From positions 1-64,000 of the forward strand of contig JABANN010000048.1 in the NCBI GenBank assembly GCA_013115125.1: a DNA stretch of 64,000 bases, given 5' to 3'. The notes below the pieces were generated by a model that was not told the origin of the DNA, ran no database searches, and worked only from the letters and a program-made list of their open reading frames with translations. Positions 13,255 to 25,111 of this stretch are shown here, piece after piece. The first letter of the stretch is position 1. Each line of letters begins with the position of its first letter. This stretch comes from Perkinsus olseni (Eukaryota). The position numbers were made by a program, and so were the translations under genes.

Positions 13255-14441
13255 TCACGATCTCGAACTACAGGGCTGCTTTGAATCCCTCTTCTTCCAA
13301 CTACCTCTCTGTGGCTCCTCTCGTGCGAAGGTTGGTGTCATCGTAGAGTGGTCAGCGCCAGGAGCAGGAGAAGCAGGAGGAGCGGATGCCCATTGCCATT
13401 CATCTTCATCATCGTCTGATGCATCGGCATCACTTCCAATGTTTCCTGGGGTAGTGGTTGTCGAGCTGTCCCCCCTTGTGTCAGTTGCTGTTTCTGCTGA
13501 ATGACCGTTCGTGCGCAACTTATTCTCCTGAGAATTCATCGCGTGAGAATAGACAATAATAAACGAAGGTGAAGAGCGCCAATTCGATCTCACCTCAATG
13601 GCAGGCACTAGCTTCTCTACAGCGTCGACATTAACCACATAGAGCAACCTCTCCCCGTGAACTTTATTATCTCGGTAGGCAAGCCGCAGCGTCCTCAAAC
13701 CTAGAAACCAGAAACCTTAGTGGAGACTCGCGACCGAGTTGCCCTTGTACCATGGAGATTCTCTTCTATAACGAGATCTTTGGTCATACAAGATAGCTCC
13801 CATCTCTGCTTCGGAGTCTTCTTACTGTTTGAGCTTTTCAGATCCAGCCATCGTGCCGCCGATCGATTGCGTTGGTTTCGAGATGCCATGTGAGGGCCTT
13901 TAGATGTTGGAGGCATCTTCGGTATATCCGAGATGTTGCCGGCACCGCCAGCGGCCACTAGGGTTACCTGCAAGATCAATGAATTATTCCTTCTAAGCTC
14001 AAAGATAACCAAATAGACCACAAATGAAGTTGATACTACTCGTGTCGCTTTCGCGGGGAACTTCAGCGTTCTAGAAGTCTTAAATCCAACTGTTCCAATC
14101 AGATACCGGTCGACCGGCTCCGTAGGCGCTGCTGGGTTGGCGTCCCCCTTCCCTCTCGCGTTTGTTGGCGCCTTCTGGGCAGACCCCTCGCAATCTTCTG
14201 GGACACCTGCAGTAAGTCCATTGAACCTTCGCGGCCCGGCGTCTCACCGTGACTTACCAGTTATGCCGGTATGCCTCCCCTTAGTGTTGGAGCGCTGCTT
14301 CCTCGCTTTGGTTCCTTGTTTGATGTTGGAATTTATCCACTGTGTCCAGGTTTGATCGTCCACTTCGCTCGGTTTCACAGCATAAATCTGCACATCTCTG
14401 CTGGAGAGATTGTAAACGTGTCGCGTATTGGTTTGGCCCAT
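13255..14441 (-). CDS. Hypothetical protein, spliced, with low-complexity/acidic C-terminus
   Basis: Successive minus-strand ORFs (14244-14441, 13701-14021, 13255-13698) separated by GT..AG segments. No family recognised. Confidence 0.5.
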
Positions 14442-15190
14442 CAGCGAGAGAAAATAAAAAAAGCAAGCCGATTACCTACCGAGACATCAAAGCGCAGAGA
14501 CTGCCGCTGGCTCTCCACATCGTGTTCATACGAACACAAAGCATGACCGAACTACGTGGGTAGAAAGCGATTCAGCATATTGTTATGCATGCTGCCAACT
14601 AGGGCAAACAGTAATTAGCAGTTTCGGCCTCATAATTCCGAATGTAAGTGGCGCATCCACCGTGGCCAAGGTTCCTTAAATGGACACCGCTTGGCCATCA
14701 TCCACAGCATCGCAACAGTGAAGTACTCATCTACAGCAATGGACATGATATGATAAATGCTACCATGCAAGACTACCATATATCACAACATTAGCACTAG
14801 TGTACTTTGTACTGATAAATCAATTGGAGGGGTTGATAATCGAGACAATGCATTTCAATATGATACCACTGGAAGCGTCATCCGGTTGGAGAGCCCCTAA
14901 ATGAGGGCACCTACTTCCATAGTAATCAACTAACGCTATCAACGGAGGCATACGTAGCCGTATTACGGAGCTTGACAAATATCCTGCCACTCACTGACGT
15001 TGGGTAACTTACGTATAGTGATGGACGGCTCTCTTATTGGTGGAGTGGATTCAAATTGAGATAATCGGCGAATGAGACCAAACAGATATCCACTAAAAAC
15101 ATATAATAATAGATTCTTTGGAATTATGGAGGGCAGCGAGTTGACAATGAATATACGCGCGATGCTCGGCGACCTTACCGGTGAAAAGGT

Positions 15191-16606
15191 TCAATCCGAA
15201 GCATCCAGAACAAAGAGCGCACAGGAGAGCGATGTATAGAATGCCTTCGCACTATCGTCATTACTCGAAGACACCGCATTACGTCTCGGATATCCGTCGC
15301 AGGACGACGAGGACTCCCTTTCTGAGTGGATGGTTGTAGCATACGAATCCGTCGAAGGAACCCGGCGCCACCACAGATACGAGTCACCCTGCTGCTCCCG
15401 GTGCAGGTCGGCATCAATTCCGCGGAATCGACAAATATCATGATGATACCCGCCACAATCTCGAACCGAAATATAAGAGCCACTATGACGGCTTGGAGTA
15501 GTACCCAATCTCTGGCTGAAGCATGCGTGGGCCTTGACTTCCCCAGAATAACAGCCTGCGCAATCAACGCAGTCGGTAGAAGGAGTCGGAGCCTGTACCG
15601 GGTGGTTGAGCGAGCTGGGCGAAGAATCCTCTGCAGGCTTCGGGCCGACCTCCGGACAACTGCTTGGCCCACTATCCGAGGCAAGGCCAGGCCGATAGAT
15701 ATCAACGTCTGCATGGATCGGACTTATTGATGACCCGAAGCGCTTCGGAATTGCCGCTGAACGGCAATTGCAAGATGTTCCCAAATTAGCATCCACAGTG
15801 GTGGCTTCCGAGACAACAGAGTCACACCTCCCGTATTTCTCTCCCCCAGCAACCGTCGGAGATAAAGGAGTGCAGCTTTCCGGTGCAATCGCATCGTCGC
15901 GTACTTGCGGAGCAGAAGCTGGTACCGGTTCCCGCAAATCACACGGCGCGTCCATCGGAGACCTCCACTCTCTTCCCAGTAACCGATTCGCCGCAACCCT
16001 CAACTTGGCTTTCGACCTCCCCGAAGTTGCTGTCTTGCCTCCCGTTACACTACTATGCATTCGGGAAGGATCCTCACTAGCTTGCCCTGATACGGTAACA
16101 GGTCTCAACTCTGACTCCGCATGAGCATAGGCACATCCCTTTCTAGTGCAGTTAGGCAAGAAAGGGCACATTTTCGTGCAGTGGAAGTCGGGCTTCGGCT
16201 TCAGCTCCTCCGGGGAATGTGCAAACTTGCACTGGTCTCCCCGTTCGCAAATCTGCTTCTCGAAGAACGAACACATTCTTGTCTTGTACAACCTGGGCTT
16301 CAATCCGCCGCCTTCTGTATGCCCCGAAGGTTCGGACGAAGAGTGAGTAGAAGGGCAGCGTTCGTCCAAGACACGAGCTTTATCAGGCCTACATTCACTG
16401 CCTGCAACATTACCGATCTGCTCCTTGCATGAGCCTTTCCGAAGGGGAGTTGCTCCCTTTCTGGCAGTGTCATGATATTTAGCGGAACAAGAGACGCCGG
16501 GTCGTGGCGATAATTGGGGAAGCCGTGTGGGCATGAGACAAACGGGAAGGATACCTTTCGCGGTAACGTTCGGCCGTGACGCGACCCGCGCACATGCAAC
16601 TTGCAC
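15191..16606 (-). CDS. Tandem CCCH zinc-finger RNA-binding protein (ZFP36/TTP-like fingers)
   Basis: LYKTRMCSFFEKQICERGDQCKFAHSPEELK and CTKMCPFLPNCTRKGCAYAHAESELR within a 471-aa ORF. The true start codon is uncertain. Confidence 0.85.
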   Translation of the reverse strand: MQVACARVASRPNVTAKGILPVCLMPTRLPQLSPRPGVSCSAKYHDTARKGATPLRKGSCKEQIGNVAGSECRPDKARVLDERCPSTHSSSEPSGHTEGGGLKPRLYKTRMCSFFEKQICERGDQCKFAHSPEELKPKPDFHCTKMCPFLPNCTRKGCAYAHAESELRPVTVSGQASEDPSRMHSSVTGGKTATSGRSKAKLRVAANRLLGREWRSPMDAPCDLREPVPASAPQVRDDAIAPESCTPLSPTVAGGEKYGRCDSVVSEATTVDANLGTSCNCRSAAIPKRFGSSISPIHADVDIYRPGLASDSGPSSCPEVGPKPAEDSSPSSLNHPVQAPTPSTDCVDCAGCYSGEVKAHACFSQRLGTTPSRHSGSYISVRDCGGYHHDICRFRGIDADLHREQQGDSYLWWRRVPSTDSYATTIHSERESSSSCDGYPRRNAVSSSNDDSAKAFYTSLSCALFVLDASD

Positions 16607-16799
16607 AACAGCGCAAGATTCACCCGGGATGTTTCTTTGCGTTGAGCCAAGATTCTCGGCCCGTGAACTCCATCCCTATTCATTGCAAGAGACCGGCAAC
16701 AAGGCTTTTTGTGTCCCTAGGCGAGTCCCAGACTTGAATAGGAGAGCTCTACCGACTCGTGAGTCGTCAGTTATTACTTGGAAACCCTTCTCTACATCG

Positions 16800-19285
16800 A
16801 TGGCGAACACTTACGAAGGTCCAGGGCAGGTGCCCTCGGATAACCGTCTCTTTCCTGGCCAGATGCGCGACGATCGCACTACCGGGGAACTGGACGAAGA
16901 GCAAGTAAATCACTACCACTAACCGGGGAATATTTCTACCCGTTTCCAGTTATTGCACATCTTCAAGCAGATTGACACCGACAACTCAGGCGGAATTGAC
17001 GTCGACGAACTTGAGGAGGCTCTGCGAATGCTCGGAATCAAGCGTACACTCTCTTCGTGGTTGATGGAGGCCACTGATAAGTTGTAGATACGTTTTCATC
17101 TACTAGGAAGGTTCTCAAGAGCATAGATACTGACGGCAACGGTAATGGATGAGGTATGGTCGCACGAGCACTCGAGTGCTCTCAGGTACCATTGAGCCCC
17201 ACGAATTCATAGAGTTCTTCTCTAAGGTCACCAATCCCCACGAGTTCCGTAGGAGCTCGATTCGGTCTATTTGGTCTCAAGTTCAGAATTAGGCGACTTG
17301 TTGGGAAAGCAAAACCAAGCCTACTTCGACTACAAGACCATGGTGGCGGAAGACTCAGGTTTCGGCCGAAGATACCGTGTTCCGGAGACCGTTTTAAGTA
17401 CTCATGACATGCTCCTCAACGGTTCATGTATCATTCAGTTTTCCCCGCTCTCTTCAGGCGATAAGAAAATACCCGCCCACACAGAGAATGTTGAGTCCAT
17501 CAAATGGCTGGGTTCCAGCCGGTTTGCTAGCGCCTCGCTTGATCGTACAGTGAAGGTGGATACATAGCCCAGAATATCACCTAGATCGTCGAAGCCCTGC
17601 TAGCGTGTTCAACCCTCAGGTCTGGGATTTCTCTGCTACCGAGAAGCCTCTCGCTTCTTACGCCTATCCCTCGTCGATTTACTCCATGGACGTGGCATCT
17701 AGCGGTAACTCCGTCATTTCGTTGTTTCATGTTTGTATTGACATTCTCTTCACAGGAAAATGGGCCATCGTGGGTTTTGAAAAAGCGGTTGATGGAGCGA
17801 ACCTGATGTATTATCGCGTCTTAAGCTACGGAGAATCATCTCTCGGGCAGTTACATGTCTGTTGTCGACTTCGAAACTGGGAGCCCAATGAAGGCGAAGT
17901 TGAAGGGGCACGAGTCCGCTGTCTTCGCCTGCGAGGTGTCGTCAGACGAGATGTAGAACCACATGTCTTGGACCTCACATCTCCCATGTGCAGGCGTTCA
18001 GGTACATCGCATCAGGTAGTCAGCACGGGAGGGTCCTACTGCATGATGCTAGAACTTGCGAACAAGTGTCTGAGGTGAATGATCCTGTTTTAATCGTTTG
18101 CCGTATGTCTTACTTGATCAGTTACGTCGTAGTCCTCGCCTCATACAATCCGTTGATTTCAACGACTATGCTAGGCTCGTAGCGTCCTGTGGTAGCGATG
18201 GGGATGTTGTCATAACCGACATATCAGTGGGCTGCTTGCGAGCCCTTAGTTGACCATATAATTTCTTTACTCCAGGCTGCACCCACTACCAAGCCTGCTT
18301 TTGTTATTGACGAGGCCGCATCCACGGACATAGTGTGGGCACTCTTGAAATCTTCACTCGCTTTGTTACGAGTACTCCGTTCAGATATGATGTTGTCTTT
18401 CGCGGTGAACATGAAATCCTCACTTGTGGAGGGGACTACTGCTGCAAGCGGTGGGATATGCGGAAGCTCGAGGTGGCTGGTCATCGTTTTTCGAGGACCA
18501 GCCTGGTCTGCGTTTTCAGAACGGACCCGTTCAACGTTATCTCGGCCATACTTCACCAATTAGGAAAATAGTTCTCTCTGATAAGCGTGATGGGAAGTGA
18601 GGGTCGCGGCTCAGTTCGTCGTGATTATGTCGATGTCCGAGGTACTTCATTTCTGGGTGTGAAGACGGGTGTGTTCGCCTCTGGATTGTGGAAGAGATGG
18701 AGACGATACAGGATCAGATTGTACCGCCAGCAACATACTCGCGGAGGTCACTCTTCGTCGTCAATAGCGCCATTTGGAGAGGAAGTACAACCGCATCAAA
18801 GGAGAATTGGACGCGATAAAGGAGGACCTCCAAAGCTCCGCTGAGATGTTGAGAACTAAAGCCGAAGTATCGGCTTATTGATGCTCCTGCTGTGACGTGA
18901 CTAGCGCTCGGATTGGAGCTTGATTGGAGCGATTGATAGCTTGTTCAGAAAGAGAAGGCTGGAGGAATATCCACCAGGCTGGAGGCATGCCAAGCTGAGA
19001 TCAATTACATGAAGGACTGTGAGGCTGAAAGACAAGCTCTTGGATGCGTCCAGGCACAGTGCGTCCCTTGACTGCTCGGCACTACATAGATTCAACAACT
19101 CTGTTGTTCTCAGTCTGAGTCTCGGAGGACATCGAGGGGCAGTGACCTCCCTCTCGTGGCGGGAGGGAGACAGCCCCTCCCACTTCGAGGTCCTTTCCGC
19201 CGGCACTGACTCAAGTATATACATGCATAGCATCAATCTGCCAAGCACCGACACATTTAAAGTGAGAAAGATGCTCGCTGACTAA
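16800..19285 (+). CDS. EF-hand pair plus WD40-repeat protein; spliced
   Basis: Spliced IFKQIDTDNSGGIDVDELEEAL and SIDTDGNGTIEPHEFIEFF are EF-hands. WD repeats follow: AHTENVESIKWLGSSRFASASLDRTVKVWD, EILTCGGDYCCKRWD, GHRGAVTSLSW...VLSAGTDSSIY. Confidence 0.85.
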
Positions 19286-19299
19286 CAGAATTCTTCTAC

Positions 19300-19542
19300 T
19301 TACAGAAATGGGAGCCTCACAGCAGCCTCGTTCGGCGTTTCTCTGACGACCTCTCCTGATTTCACCCATGTGTCGTATACGTGCTTGTTCTCTTGTGGAA
19401 CGTCTCCATAATCGGCAATTGCGTTGCAGTAACCTTTCAACTCAGAGGAGCAGGCGTCAGAAAATATCACGCGAAATTCCCTGGTGTGACCAGGCCGGTG
19501 ATACCCTAGATTGAGAAAAAAGCGATTGCCACACGCGATCAC
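19300..19542 (-). CDS. Possible terminal exon of a small hypothetical gene
   Basis: Protein-like 80-aa ORF preceded by an AG acceptor. Upstream exon and start not identified. Confidence 0.25.
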   Translation of the reverse strand: MIACGNRFFLNLGYHRPGHTREFRVIFSDACSSELKGYCNAIADYGDVPQENKHVYDTWVKSGEVVRETPNEAAVRLPFL

Positions 19543-19856
19543 GACTGATACACAGTAATGTCAGCGTCCAAAACGTATCATATATTAGACTGTAAAAAGG
19601 TAGTTCCTACTGGGTGGATCCGCTTCTGCGTGGGTTCTATGATACTATTACTCAATGAGAGTGACTGCGAATGATTGATAGCATCCCCCACTGGCAGCAG
19701 CAACTCACTCAAAAGAAAGATAACCTTGAAACGCAAACATGTCACTCATACCAGCAGTAGCGCCATCCCCGCGACAGCCAGCGCAAGAAACAATAGTATC
19801 ATATCGAAGTCAAGCAACGTATCGCTCTCCAACCGTGCCTAGATTCGTGTTGGACA

Positions 19857-21615
19857 CTAGCCCGACGCTGAGAACTTATCTACACCTGGAAGAGCTTCAA
19901 ATCCGTGCATGGGTTGCCAGCCACCCGTCGAGGCATTATACGCTACCCAACCTTCCGTTCCGATAGGTGGCCCATCACCGTTAGACATGCAATGGTATGC
20001 AGATCGCACGCCCGGAATATGCATACTTGCGCCCAGTTGCCAGACCTTTCCGGTGAAATACAGTGACATCGGGCCATCCTTGCGGGGTTCAGTCCTAATA
20101 TAGTAGTGCTTGCCATTATGAGTACCCATTCGCTTGTATATTCCCTCAAGGCCAGCCGGGCATCCCCTTATAGTGACGTAGTCGTCATCCACCCCTGAGT
20201 TGCCGCCCAAGGTATTCGCACCGGGATGCAGCTCATTCATTAGAGATGCCCTCTCACTCGCCCAGTCAGGCAGCATCCGAAGAATCTCCTCCTTAGCGGT
20301 ACGGCTAGCCGCAGAGTTCTTCAAAGCCCATCGTAAGAAAGGTAGCGGCGAGAACCTCGCCTTTTTCGCACAATCGAGAAGCAGCAGTAAGCATTCCTCG
20401 GCATCAGCAGAGTCCTGTGGAAGTTGTGTTGGGAACCGTGGATGTATTGTAGATAGAGTAACGTACTTGAGCAGGGCCTGACCTCGATCGAGAGCTCCAC
20501 TCTCCAGAGTATTATGTACAGCAGTTGCCCATGTCGCTAAGTTCATGTCGGTCAATGCCGTCTCCTGCAACTTTATGGCCAGGTTACAGTTGATTTCAGA
20601 AGGGTTCAAGTGTATCACACGGAGGATGGCTTCGATCGCTGCAACTCGTTCAGCAACTTTCGAAGTGCTACCAATGATTCGCCGTTTCTTCCCAAAAGCA
20701 TCCACTGCCTCCAAAGCCATCTCTGATACATCCTGGACCACCGCGAGGGATCCGCACCGAATACTAGAACGCACAGCAACAACTGGCAAGAGCGATGTTT
20801 GCATCTTCGCACTATATCCGCTCTCTTTGCACGTCTTTTGCACGATGTTTAACAACGGCACCACCCACTCCTTGACATCACTGTCATCGAGACTGGTCAA
20901 CTGCACCAAGAGGAAATTGACGGCCTCCAAAGCGACATTCGGCTTCCTAAGTATCATGCGTACATCGTCCGTGAAAAGCGCACGGCATATATACTGATGG
21001 ACACTCGATAGTGAACTTGAGCCTTTCACATAGTCGGCTTGGTTCTGAAAGAGCCTAGAAAGGCCCCTACACACCATACCGATCTCGAAATCACCGGACC
21101 ACTGCTGTTGGCCGATGATGTGGGGCATTCTCTTGAGCAGCTCAGCTCCTTCTTGTGGCACGAGAACTCTAGCCAGAGCTACGAGTAATCGCTCCAATGC
21201 CAGGGGCTGTCCCAGTGTTGGTAATATTTCCAATGGCAACTTGTTTATTTTCTGAAACATGAGCGGCACTACGATGGCCGCGAAAAGGCCAAGTCGCACC
21301 CAAATAATGAACGGATAACATATTGAGGGATGGTGAGGACTCAGAGAATGCTACTACCTCGTTCCTGAGTATCAGAGCTTCAAGAAGCTTCGACCAGGAA
21401 TCCGCTGACCTTGGGTTAAGTTTCGCATCCCTCCACAGCTTTTTCATCACGTCATCATCGTGATAATTCAATGTAGCATCTGGGCTTCCCTGTTCCTTCA
21501 CAGCTGATGAAGCGCTGGCACTGGAGACACCAACTACTAGACCAGGGGGTACTTGATGCTGGTTTAGCTGCCCGAACTGCGCGCGGCAAGTCCGCCATGC
21601 CACTCGGCGAAGCAT
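19857..21615 (-). CDS. Hypothetical helical protein with candidate mitochondrial presequence and C-terminal aromatic beta-type domain; one intron near 21300-21358
   Basis: N-terminus MLRRVAWRTCRAQF is Arg-rich with no acidic residues. Long second exon (480-aa ORF) ends GIYKRMGTHNGKHYY...LYFTGKVWQLG...GPPIGTEGW. Confidence 0.65.
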
Positions 21616-21672
21616 AAAATACAGTCTGTAGGAAACCCACTACTGGAGAGCTCCGATTCGGAACGCAAGTAT

Positions 21673-23687
21673 TCAATAGCTCGGCCGTCTCCCATGGATG
21701 CGACCCGAGACGACCCCGCTAGGTTGGAAGATTCTATCATGCCCAACATACTGACGGCAACCCAAAACTGTGAACACGAACAGAAAACGCAGTTTCATGG
21801 TCGTGGTTGTCACAAATCCGATACATGTATCTCCGCTAAGTGGTCTCCAATTCCTCCCCTTCTTTGTGGAGAAGTCTTCCTGTATTGGGTGCCAACTCCA
21901 AATCAACCCAGGCAGTACGGTTATGCTCGTTGCCATACCTGCATCGGGAAAGTCTAATCCCGGGTTGCAAGGACTTCCGGCGACCGCAGCGACTCAAAGT
22001 TGCTACTTTGCTCGAAGTGCAGTGGGGAGCCTTTTGTCATCGGGTCTCAACGGCAGCTGTCGAGGCTCTCCCAAGACGACGTGCCAGAGGAATTCGAAAA
22101 CGTAACAGTGAGACGATCGTTTGGGCCTTAAAAACAGAAACCCCGCGCAGTTCACTCGGCACCTTGCCCTACTTGGCCTCGGCAACGCACAGATCAGGAA
22201 TCGAGCCGTCAACCATCCTGAGCATGTGGCGATAGAAGGAGAGGCTCCGTGCTTGAATCCGCTCTCGTGAAACTATATACTGCGAGCAGCAATATGTGCC
22301 GAGAAGATCTGCTGGCATGCGAAAATCCAGGCTAGTGTTCCGGAAAAGAGCCTATGGCAAGGCTTACTATCGAGTCGTCGTGTATGAACCCACCATCTCA
22401 ACATCCCGCATACACGGCGTGTCTGTCATCACATGGCGATGGTAGTTCAAATGCAAAAATGGTACCTTAGCCAATGAGGTTCTAATACCGTTTCACGTAT
22501 TTTCTTCTTACTCGATATGTTCCCAAACCAATGGCCATCAACGGGAGCTGTAAGTAGGCTAGAAAAGCATGATTATGTGGATCTGCTTGCAGAAACACCT
22601 GAGGTATGAAAAAGCCCTCTTCCCCCGAGCAATTCAAACCGTATAGTCGTCAAGCTGGTGATATTCCTCAACGATGTAGCTCAAATAAGCTGAACACTCG
22701 TCTCCGCGAACATCACCGTCCCGCCGATCCAACACGGAGACACCGCGAGAGAATCTGTCATGCCAGCGGTTTCACTTCGAGACTAAATGGCAGTTAATAC
22801 CGCTGCGATATATTCGCTGGTATGTTGGACAAGGTTCCGCATTTTTCATAGACTAGCAGTCGAGAATTAGGCGGTATGTACCTATTTACCAGTGGTACCC
22901 CCGAGTACTGGCTGTGAGACGTAGCTTACGGTATTCGGTGAGGATTCGCTAGCCAGGTGAGAGGCTCTCGGCAATGACATATTATGAAAGTGGTAGTCGC
23001 CGCGTCATTTCCTTGACTCCCAGCCGCCAACTACACAAACCGTGCGCAAACGATGCCGAGTTTCCTCTCACTTCTCCCATACGCTCAGCCATATCCCGCA
23101 CTCGGTTCAGTGCCTGGTCGTACAGCCACGTAGTTCTGATATCCTCCAACCTGCCCGGCGACAATTCACCGTAGGCTGCCAGTGCTGGCTTGAGGAATCT
23201 TGGGAACGAGCACTTGCAATTGATTCCCTCATTGTACATACCGCTCCTCTACTTCTTCGACTCCTGTCGTGAATAATTCCGCTTCAGCTACGACCAGACT
23301 GAGGGACAGGATTAAGTGGAGAGGGACGCCCTTGACAACCAAATCTAGCCACCACAACAGCCTACTTGGCCATTGTCCACATTTCTGGACAGTCGTCGAC
23401 CAAGTGTTCGCGTTGGGCTTGAGGTAACTTCAGAATAAAGTAACTCTCTTTCAACACAGGTCTGCCGTTGCTGAGATACCTAACGGAAAGATCCGATGTC
23501 AACCCATTGAATTCGCATAGTACATGGTTTCCAATTTACTCTGAAATTGCCCCGATGAAAGAGTGTAGTTGTGAATGCATCCATGTTCTACCGTACACCA
23601 CTCGAATGAGTATAAGCTCTTACACCCTCTGTCAGTCGCAGTTGCGAGTCGAGCTAGCAACGGTATTGATAAAAGGCATAACAACAT
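21673..23687 (-). CDS. Secretory-pathway DUF3431-like protein (putative glycosyltransferase-like); spliced
   Basis: Signal-like start MLLCLLSIPLLARLATA. Motifs GDECSAYLSYIVEEYHQLDDYT..FLQADPH, YIVSRERIQARSLSFY and YVFEFLWHVVLGEP match my recollection of DUF3431. Ends are approximate. Confidence 0.7.
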
Positions 23688-23887
23688 GAAGCACGCAACC
23701 TGTGATGGTTAAACACGCCGGCCGACGGAAAAGCGACACACTCTAGGGTCGAACCCGGCTCGGTCGGACCACCTCCCGCCGGGCCCATGTCAGTTTTGTA
23801 AGCGATGTGACGCAGCGTAGCCTACGCCGCGTAGGATATCTTTGTGCATTCCATAATTTGAAGAGTACTCGGCTTTCAGTTCAACTC

Positions 23888-25014
23888 ATGGCAACCGCGA
23901 CCGGTCAACCAACTTCGGAAGGATCGTGGACGAGCAAGGAAGCGCTGCTAGCTCAGCTAGCGAGTTTGCAACGCGTTATACAACTTCAGGATGCTACTTG
24001 TCGGACTTAGGATCGATTTTCACCACCACTTCACTTGGTACAGTTCGCTCAGGTGAGAACAGATCTCCAGCCGACCTCTCGTGGCGACATGAAGCAGTGA
24101 AATTGAGCGTAGAAAAGCAAGCGATACAGGACGAGTGCCTGGAGATGGTGAAACAAACTCATGTAGCCTGGCTGAATTATAATCTGCTATATTTTACTTA
24201 TCCAGGCTCGCCACCAACATCAGTGTGAGATGGCGCGGTCTACTATTGCGGGCCTTATCCACTCGCACAGCAACGCGTGCATCAAAGAGTTCCATCAATC
24301 CACAAGTGGAGCCTTGGACCGCTTGTGGCATCGATTATCAGCCGTTGAGATGGCACACAGCCGCGCAAGTGGTGAAATAATGTAGCGCTGTGCAGGAGGG
24401 GGATGGTTGTCCTCGATGGGTCTCAATATGAGGTACTATCAGGAGAGAACTCGGGAACATGTTGTGAAGGTGGAGTCGAAATTGATAGAGCTTGCAGAAG
24501 AGAGCGACGATGCTCAAAGAAGACTCAAGGTGTCTCAGAGGGAAGCAAAAGCCCTGGCCAAGGAGAATGACAGGTGAGATTCTCACAGCCAGAGGCTTCT
24601 CATGCATCAACGAACAGGCTCACCAAGATGGTCGCTCAAATGCACGCAGCAATAGTCGAGTCTCGGGCCTCGCTCGAGTCGTGTGAGAGACGCGCCTTCG
24701 CCGCTGAGAGTTTGGCTGCGAAGCTGGCAGGAGACCGAACTGGTAGCGACAAGCTGACACACACTGATGTATCAAGCTCCATGAGAGACGCGACTCCGAG
24801 GGCTGACTCACCCCCTGAGAGAGCTGCCGTTGAAACGAGCAATGGAGATGATCATGAGGCTTTGAGCTGTGTAGTTGGCTCCGACAAACACAGTGGGAGC
24901 ACCATAGCTAGACTGATAAGTGAACTGAGAGAACTCGAAGGTGAAGCTCGGTCGCTCCTGGCCAGTCAAGAATTGGATGTTACGGAGCTTGTACAACAGC
25001 GTAAGACTAATTAA
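23888..25014 (+). CDS. Hypothetical coiled-coil protein; spliced
   Basis: Heptad-rich exons (LLAQLASLQRVIQLQ; LQKRATMLKEDSR; IARLISELRELEGEARSLL) joined by GT-AG introns. Confidence 0.55.
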
Positions 25015-25111
25015 CCCCTCAATTGGATTCAATCATGGGCTGTTTCGCGGGATTGCTTCTGTTGTGTTAAGTTAGTTAAAGTAGCAAGCGGAAGTGTAGT
25101 TTTTACACTCT

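Noticed and set aside
23746-23756. GGGTTCGACCC on the minus strand, resembling a tRNA T-arm or B-box
   Set aside because: No acceptor stem, D-arm or anticodon arm could be folded around it.
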